Source of the DNA: Glycera tridactyla
Taxonomy: Eukaryota
Length of the DNA stretch: 64,000 nucleotides
NCBI GenBank assembly: GCA_965644265.1
Contig: OZ286467.1
Span: 100,564,001-100,628,000, forward strand
Direction of reading: 5' to 3'
Part shown: positions 57,657-64,000 of the stretch, one piece after another
Numbering within the stretch: position 1 is the stretch's first letter
How the letters are laid out: each line of letters starts with the position of its first letter
Program-made: the position numbers and the translations under genes
Notes under the pieces: model-generated
Databases searched by the model: none
Seen by the model: only the letters and a program-made list of their open reading frames with translations
Told to the model about the DNA's origin: nothing

Positions 57657-57898
57657 GATTAAATGGAGAATTGAGATCAAACTTCACAAATTGATAATCT
57701 CTCCTATTCTGATTCATTATTCAGATCAGATCCGTTCCATTAAATTGAAGGATATGAATCTCACGAACGATTTCCCTAGATGGCTGTATTGAGTGATTAT
57801 GTTGTTCACCACTAGGTGGCAGTTAGCCATGAAATTCTTTGAAGTTGTGAGTACTTATCGAATGCTGTCATCAGTGAGAGAAGATAACTAACCACAGC

Positions 57899-58064
57899 TA
57901 CAGTGAAACCTGTGATGAGAGACCACTCTAAATGTCACCAAAAAGTGGTCTCTCAAAAGAGGTGGTCTCTCGTCGGAGGTATATTTGACTATGACAAGTA
58001 GAAAAGCTGCCCTGGAAAAGCGGTCTCCCGTCGGAGGTGGTCTCTCGTCGCAGGTTTCACTGTA
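57899..58064. mobile_element. MITE family A3 (TA target)
   Basis: TACAGTGAAACCTG...CAGGTTTCACTGTA with GGTGGTCTC repeats; related fragments near 21490-21607, 30690-30856, 61495-61570. Confidence 0.75.
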
Positions 58065-58555
58065 TAGATTTTTTTCTTGCAGGCAGGCTGATGTTGGGCA
58101 TTGACCAAACCAAATATCATGCCAGCCTGTCTTGAATTATGAAATACACATAACTATAGTGCTTGTATATAGTGATTACATGTACTTCCATAATATAAAC
58201 TTTTACCCAGTGTCATCAGCAGGTGAAAACTGGACAATTTTCCAGTCTTCACTCATTGCTGACACGTGTGACTGCTGCGGCCTTCCGCATGAGTTCCTCG
58301 CTAAGATATGACTGGTAGTTGAAACAATTATTTGAAGATGATGATTCTAGAAGATTTGATCATTCGAAGATGATGATTCATACAACCCGTGGGTTGGGTA
58401 CCATGATCAACCCTTTTCCATTATCTGTATCATGTGTCAAGCCATGTACTGTATTGTGTTCGTATTCACGTGATGTAGTGTTGATGAAATACTGTGCAGT
58501 TGCCTATTAAATAGTACACTGACCAACCAAGTGTTGTGTGTTTCATGTGTTGTAG

Positions 58556-58771
58556 GGGTTCATGGCTATTTGCCCATACTGTCGTGAGATGAAATACAAA
58601 CGTAACATGAGTCTGCACATTCGCACAGTCCATTTCAAGGAAAAACAGTTTGCGTGCCCACTCTGTGCGCAACGATTTGCCCAAAAAATCCACATGAAGC
58701 GTCACATGAGTTCCATACATCAGACAGCATTCACGGGTGACACGCCCGTAAACAAAGATATTCACAAGTGA
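58556..58771 (+). CDS. ZF terminal exon 61
   Basis: tgttgtag|GGG; ICPYCREMKYKRNMSLHIRTVHFKEKQFACPLCAQRFAQKIHMKRHMSSIH. Confidence 0.88.
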   Translation, partial: GFMAICPYCREMKYKRNMSLHIRTVHFKEKQFACPLCAQRFAQKIHMKRHMSSIHQTAFTGDTPVNKDIHK

Positions 58772-59459
58772 CAATGCCCGTAACAAAGATAAGACCAAAC
58801 ATCCTGGTCCTCATCAAGCCTGCCGTGCATCCGCTAATATTTTGACTAGCATTTGGGATGATAAATACGCCATGACACAGGATCATTGAAATGGGACAGA
58901 GTTTGAACATGTCAAATACAACTTTTACGGAACACCTCATCTTTTGAGAAATCACTTCCAAGATTTAGGATGATCTTGTGAGGTTAAACGCAGGGAGCAT
59001 TTCATCGAGCATTTTCAGATTCTGGTCTGTGCATTGCTGAACACAAACATTGATGATAAAAGCTTGGATAGTATGGACATCAATGGCGGATTCTAGGAAT
59101 ACTGTAATTGGAATTCAACTACAGACAGTCGCTGTGGTTTTTGGAACTCCTAATTTTCCATAACAGAAATGACACCTTGAGTGTCTGTGAATTTCATGAA
59201 TTTTCACCATCTGTTGGGGACTCAGAAGGAGTATTGAATGATCCCACCTATGCCCATTGCATGGGCGTCACAATATAGCACCAATCCTCCTATTTTGCCC
59301 TCACTCACCTCAAAAGAATCGGAGTGCATGTGGTCCTATGTGGATGTGTACGTGTGATTTCATAGGTTGTATACAAACAGGAAACCCTCTATTCCACGTA
59401 TATTGCCCTGTTGAAAATCTCATTTAGTTCTCACATTAGCCTCTCTTCTTTGTTTCTAG

Positions 59460-59651
59460 GGGTCAACGGCTATTTGTCCCATATGTCGACAAGAAAAGAG
59501 CCGTAGAGATTTGCCGCGACATATTCGTGTTGTTCACATGAAGGAAAAGAACTTTGTTTGCCATATTTGTAACAAGAAGTTTGGCCATCGTTGGTTAGTC
59601 AAACGGCACATGTTAACAGTTCACCGAGTCAATTTTGTGACTCCAGAATAA
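59460..59651 (+). CDS. ZF terminal exon 62 (not in ORF track)
   Basis: gtttctag|GGG; ICPICRQEKSRRDLPRHIRVVHMKEKNFVCHICNKKFGHRWLVKRHMLTVH. Confidence 0.88.
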   Translation, partial: GSTAICPICRQEKSRRDLPRHIRVVHMKEKNFVCHICNKKFGHRWLVKRHMLTVHRVNFVTPE

Positions 59652-60173
59652 TAGAGAGAAACTTTCTCTCTTAAGAAAGAAGTACTGGTACGAGAATGAA
59701 ACTATTATACCCGATCTTTCAGCATGACATCAACCACCTACTAGCCTGTGAAGGGGCACATAGTAATAGCCAAGCCATTCAGACTGACACTGAAATAGCA
59801 GCTGAGTAACCCAGCCAGGAGCACACCCACTTCCAGCACAATATGAGCAAAGATATCGAGGGATCACATCTCATTTGTATCATCCACGCTCAGAACTGAG
59901 ATTCCTGAAAACCGCTTGTCCTGAGTGCGTGGGTTCTCTAAAGCAAAAATGAAACCCAGTTTGATTGCAGAAGTTGCTATGCTCAGATTGAAAATTCCAG
60001 ACCAGATACTTGCAAGGTTACATAGCAGAAACCACCTTTTTGTGGGTGTACTGTGTTCATAGGTGATTGCTTAGCTACTAGTGGATCATATTCTGCGTGT
60101 AATGACGAGTTTGACCGCCGCAGTTTCACGACGTCGTGAACGCCTGTTGACCATCCCATTCTTTATGTTGTAG

Positions 60174-60356
60174 GGCGAAACAACTACTGGTTGCCCTGTC
60201 TGCTATGCACCCATTGTGCGAAAAAACTTGCGACGACACATAGCGAATGTCCATCTCAAAGTGAAGAATTTTCAGTGTCCCGTCTGTCAAAGATGGTTCA
60301 GTCAAAAGATCAACATGAAGCAGCATATCAAAAATGTTCACAAAAAAGACGTATGA
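60174..60356 (+). CDS. ZF terminal exon 63 (not in ORF track)
   Basis: tgttgtag|GGC; GCPVCYAPIVRKNLRRHIANVHLKVKNFQCPVCQRWFSQKINMKQHIKNVH. Confidence 0.88.
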   Translation, partial: GETTTGCPVCYAPIVRKNLRRHIANVHLKVKNFQCPVCQRWFSQKINMKQHIKNVHKKDV

Positions 60357-60870
60357 ATATGTTTTTGTTGAATGATTGTGGCAGCTAATCGCTAGATTAC
60401 CAAGCTGGTCACAATTCCAATGAAGATCGAAGGTTCAGACCTGCATTCAGAAATTGAACAGTGGGCCAAATGCTGGTCTCATATTGCCAGATGGTGAGAC
60501 CAAAAAACCCATCTGTTTCGACTAAACCTACATCGTTTTGCACTTTATTGGCCCCCTATTTGTGATTGGTTGGCCAAGATTATGTTGAATATTAAGAATT
60601 CAATGATCTGTATAATTTCTAGCAGATATCTTGTCCAAAAGGTTGTGGTCAGGTATATGCGCCTATAATTTAGAAGTCATCAACACGACGGAAATCACAA
60701 TATCTGAATTGCACCGCTGTTCATATACGCGAATGAGAGCATCAGCATAGCCGTATTCTTAGGCGAGAGGTGTGTGTGTGATTCATTTCTCGAGATGATG
60801 CCATCACCGCATCCATTGGCAGTCCAGAATTGGCAGGCGACAATACTCAGTAAATTCTTTCTGTTTTCAG

Positions 60871-61077
60871 GGACCCGTGGCTCCCTGTCCAATTTGTCAC
60901 CAATTAAGAGGGCGCAAGGATATGAGTCGTCATATACGCATGGTCCACCTGAAAGAGAAACGTTTTCCGTGTGAAATTTGCGGAAAACGATTCAGTCAGA
61001 GGAGTAATCTCAATCAGCATTCGGTCTCGGTTCACGGAGTCCTTCCTCCGAGAAATGGCTCGGTGTCGACAACTTAA
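60871..61077 (+). CDS. ZF terminal exon 64
   Basis: gttttcag|GGA; PCPICHQLRGRKDMSRHIRMVHLKEKRFPCEICGKRFSQRSNLNQHSVSVH. Confidence 0.88.
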   Translation, partial: GPVAPCPICHQLRGRKDMSRHIRMVHLKEKRFPCEICGKRFSQRSNLNQHSVSVHGVLPPRNGSVSTT

Positions 61078-61189
61078 TTCAATTTCGCACGTTTAATTTT
61101 TGCTGAGCAGCTTGAGCTATGGTGATATGGCAGATGTAGTCATGAAGATGGAAAACTTGGGTGAAACCATTTTCGAGAGTCCATAATTA

Positions 61190-61413
61190 GATTCAGTATA
61201 TTCAGGAAGAGTAGGTAGAGGTGTGTCTGAACTTATAGCTACTTCCACTTGACAACCTTTCAGGTTCCCCATCATCTTGTGTTCAGGGTTTGTGAGAGTG
61301 ATGGCTGCAGGAGAAAGAACATCTAGCTTTCATTAACTAGGAATACATGGCATACCTAATCCTGTGGGTTGATACATGCCGTTAAACCTCAAACAAACAA
61401 ACAAACAAACAAA
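61190..61413 (+). mobile_element. SINE-like repeat family D, 3' part with (CAAA)n tail
   Basis: GTAGAGGTGTGTCTGAAC..TTCCACTTGACAACC..GTTCAGGGTTTGTGAGAGTGATG..TAAACCTC(AAAC)n; copies at about 5725-5876 [(CAAT)n tail], 26580-26665, 54930-55190, 55790-56000, 57000-57200; no pol III boxes identified. Confidence 0.55.
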
Positions 61414-61575
61414 TCCCCTCTTTTGAGACTGCCCTCTTTGTACTGACTGCTCTTCATTGATTCTTTTCTATTTGGCATAGTCGAATATACCTCCAGTGTG
61501 AGACCACAACTCTTGGGAGACCGCTTGTGGTTGGCATTTGGGCCAGTCTCCCTAGAGAGGTTTCACTGTATCAGT

Positions 61576-61757
61576 CAGTGGTGCCAATTTTCCGAAAATT
61601 TTCGGAAAATGAGAATTGGGTGAAAACTGATAATTCCCGGAATTGCTATAATCTACTTGGGAGTTTCAAAATAAATACTTTTGCTGATATGATGCGGTAG
61701 TTTCAGAAAACATTCCTATATTTCCGAAAATTCAGCTTCATCCCATTGGCATCACTG
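61576..61757. mobile_element. MITE family C (CAGTGRTGCCAA termini)
   Basis: CAGTGGTGCCAAT...ATTGGCATCACTG; similar copies at about 18940-19105, 34287-34467, 41840-42000, 43063-43240; target duplication length inconsistent, superfamily not assigned. Confidence 0.65.
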
Positions 61758-62080
61758 AATCAGTAATGAACATGTATTCACAGGGATGTGATTGTTCCGT
61801 CGATGCATGTTTTTGATCACAAATGTGGCAATCCATGTATTTTATGCGGATCGATATGAGGACCAGATCATGTTTTCTGGCCTCAGTTAGGTTTTTAGGG
61901 ATTTTGGTTGATAGCCAATGACATTCTAGAAACATCAGTAATGCATATCAGACATCTTTGAAGTAGAAATTTCCAGGTACTCACAGTGTGAAGATTCGTG
62001 GTGTAGAAGCTTTCTGTGAGCGACTGAGCGTCCACCCTCTTTCATCAGCTACAGGCTACTGTGACTTGGCTGTTGCTTGA

Positions 62081-62097
62081 TCACGTGACCCGGAAGT
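62081..62097. promoter_or_regulatory. Adjacent E-box (TCACGTGA) and ETS (CCGGAAGT) motifs; candidate promoter element
   Basis: tcacgtgacccggaagt, 165 bp upstream of the exon 65 acceptor; motif match only. Confidence 0.35.
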
Positions 62098-62262
62098 TGA
62101 GCGAGGATCACATGATATTAGGATCTCCGCATATAGGAGAATATCAGACATCCTTGCGAACCCCGACCAGCCAATCAACCAACCAACCATCCATCCGACC
62201 AACCAACCCAATCCGTGATTTCCCTGCAACTACAAGTTCCCTTCTCTTCTTGTATGTTGTAG

Positions 62263-62502
62263 GTGTTATGTCCCCATTGTCACCAACCTAAGGTGCGCAA
62301 AAATCTGCAGCGGCACATTCGTATAGTCCACCTGCAGGAGAAGACGTCCCAGTGCAAATACTGTGGCAAATGGTTTAGTCAACGCTCCAATATGAAGCAG
62401 CATATAGCTCTCAGACATTCGAACGAGATCGAGCGCATTCTCACGTCTCCCTGCTCGATCATGCCCAAAAAATTGTGGTATACCAAAGACGGGGATAAAT
62501 AA
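62263..62502 (+). CDS. ZF terminal exon 65
   Basis: tgttgtag|GTG; LCPHCHQPKVRKNLQRHIRIVHLQEKTSQCKYCGKWFSQRSNMKQHIALRH. Confidence 0.88.
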   Translation: MLCPHCHQPKVRKNLQRHIRIVHLQEKTSQCKYCGKWFSQRSNMKQHIALRHSNEIERILTSPCSIMPKKLWYTKDGDK

Positions 62503-62683
62503 GAATCCGATTTGACATGACCCCCCCCCCCCCCACCTCTCCTTATCCCCATCCCTCAATCCCCCTTTTATCCTATATCCACCCCTTTTGTTCAATTAAC
62601 AGTGATACCAACTTCCTTAGTTCAGGAAATTCGTCATAAAATTTGAAATCTGAATATTTCTTGAATTGGGCTGAAAGTTCATA

Positions 62684-62952
62684 CCAGGGATGTGATTCTT
62701 CCGCGGATTTCCTTGTATTTGGTGACAATCAGCAGGTCATGTACATGGCAGCAAAGAGCCTTCTCTGCTGAGTATTTTGGCTTTTAGATCATGAAAATTG
62801 GACCAGTATCAGTGGAGATAGAGCACAATGTTTGTATGGAGTTCTGGTGGCCTTCAGTCACCAGTTGTTTGAGATTGTTGATCCACAAAATCTTAGTGTA
62901 AGTGCTCACAGTCCGGTTTTCAGTGTTTTTGTTTGTGAGCTAATCACATCCT
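62684..62952. mobile_element. Non-autonomous element family B (CAGGGATGTGATT / AATCACATCC termini)
   Basis: Core ..TTTTAGATCATGAAAATTGGACCAG..AGTGGAGATAGAGCACA..; copies or fragments at about 12070-12200, 12640-12790, 26790-27030, 39693-39948, 46120-46280, 48335-48597. Confidence 0.65.
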
Positions 62953-64000
62953 TGGTTGATACTTTTTGAACTATATGATGGGGGGGGTGTAGTCTCGGGA
63001 AATTTTATAAATAGTCTGTTTCAGTGCATTGGCATCACTGAATTAGGTGATGTTGGATCCACCATTATAGTGGCCATCCTGCCTGTAGTATGATGGAAAT
63101 TCATGTAATATTCCTAGCATATTAGGTGGCATGTGTAGCGAAAATTATATACTGATAGACATGAGAAATTGTGGGCATTTGTGGAGATATTAAGGGATTT
63201 GCATTTTCAGAATAGTTTCGATAGGGATTGTGCTGTTGAAATTCAAGTGTCATGAAATGCCTCATGCACACCAATCTGCATTGTACTGCAGTCACCCCGA
63301 ACACCACAAGATTACTACCTCAGGTTTGGGTGATACACCATGCATAGGTCATTTCTTTCTTGTTATCTAGGTTGAGGTGCGTCTGAACTGACAACTTCTG
63401 AAACGCTGAAAAACACCAAAAAACATTTCGGTAGCCAGAAAGACGGTCCAATGGATGTACAGTCTAACACCTCTTTTTAGACCAGAAAATTGCAACTCTT
63501 ATTCTGCATGGACAGTTAACATGAATGGAATGTGATTGTTCTATGAAGACAAGGGCAAATACATCAATCCAAATACATCAATCCATACTGAGCCGATGAT
63601 GTCATGTCAATTAGTTCACAGAATATACAGGTGGTTGGTTCGGTCTATGCGCTCTATGCGCTCGTCTGTCAAATCTGTTTGATACTGGCTGGTGGACTTT
63701 AATGGGCCAGTTAAGTCATATAACCAGTTGTTGATGATAATTCCATGAATGAATCTTGATATAACTCGAAACACCAATGTTGATATTGTTGGCATGTTAC
63801 CTGTTTAGCTTCTCTTGTTAGCAATCATAAAGATGAATAAACTATTTCATATTTGATGCAAGTTTCTGTTCATTTTTTGTCTTACCCTTCCTGGCAACGC
63901 TCCAAGTGCTACGTACACTTGTAATGAATTTTGCCATGGACTAAGCCACGGTTTTGCTTCAACCAAGAATTCCACTTTATCAAGATTTGTGCTATGAAGC

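Larger units (their letters stand above)
2914..62502 (+). other. Array of 65 intact + 1 broken alternative 3'-terminal exons, each encoding a C2H2-type zinc-finger module (constant 5' exon(s) not identified in window)
   Basis: Every unit: pyrimidine-rich acceptor ending YAG, phase-0 start, CxxC..H-x4-H + linker + CxxC-x12-H..H, then stop; all + strand; no shared ATG. Confidence 0.88.

Noticed and set aside
2914-62502. Retroviral gag zinc knuckles, BED-finger transposases or KRAB-ZNF genes
   Set aside because: Spacing is C2H2-type, not CCHC knuckle; no transposase or RT; no KRAB box and no TGEKP poly-finger arrays.
2914-62502. Assigning the symbol lola, mod(mdg4) or ttk
   Set aside because: Only the architecture is similar; no BTB domain is visible and orthology cannot be shown from this window.
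4523-62595. Numerous minus-strand and alternate-frame ORFs overlapping the cassettes (e.g. 22540..22962, 16750..17034, 62266..62595)
   Set aside because: Antisense or frame shadows of ZF codons; no independent domain or splice signals.

Overview
AT-rich animal (probably invertebrate) genomic DNA. I found no rRNA, tRNA, CRISPR array or autonomous transposon. The window is dominated by one structure: from 2914 to 62502, all on the + strand, lie 65 intact cassettes (typically 180-280 nt) plus one broken copy. Each begins directly after a 3' splice acceptor (58 of 65 read TGTTNYAG), starts at a codon boundary (phase 0), encodes a short lead-in and a pair of related C2H2-type zinc fingers (usually a shortened finger 1, an L/F-K-E-K/R-x-F linker and a canonical finger 2), and ends in a stop codon. 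They share no start codon, and several have an in-frame TAG as the acceptor itself. The best reading is an array of alternative terminal exons of one zinc-finger gene whose constant 5' part is not identifiable in the window, resembling Drosophila lola/mod(mdg4) in architecture but larger. The array shows recent single and block duplications, decay of one copy, a double-module cassette, and substitutions in recognition-helix positions between young paralogs. Spacer DNA is filled with MITE- and SINE-like repeats. All coordinates, translations and counts were done by hand from the sequence; the splicing model is inference and needs transcript data.
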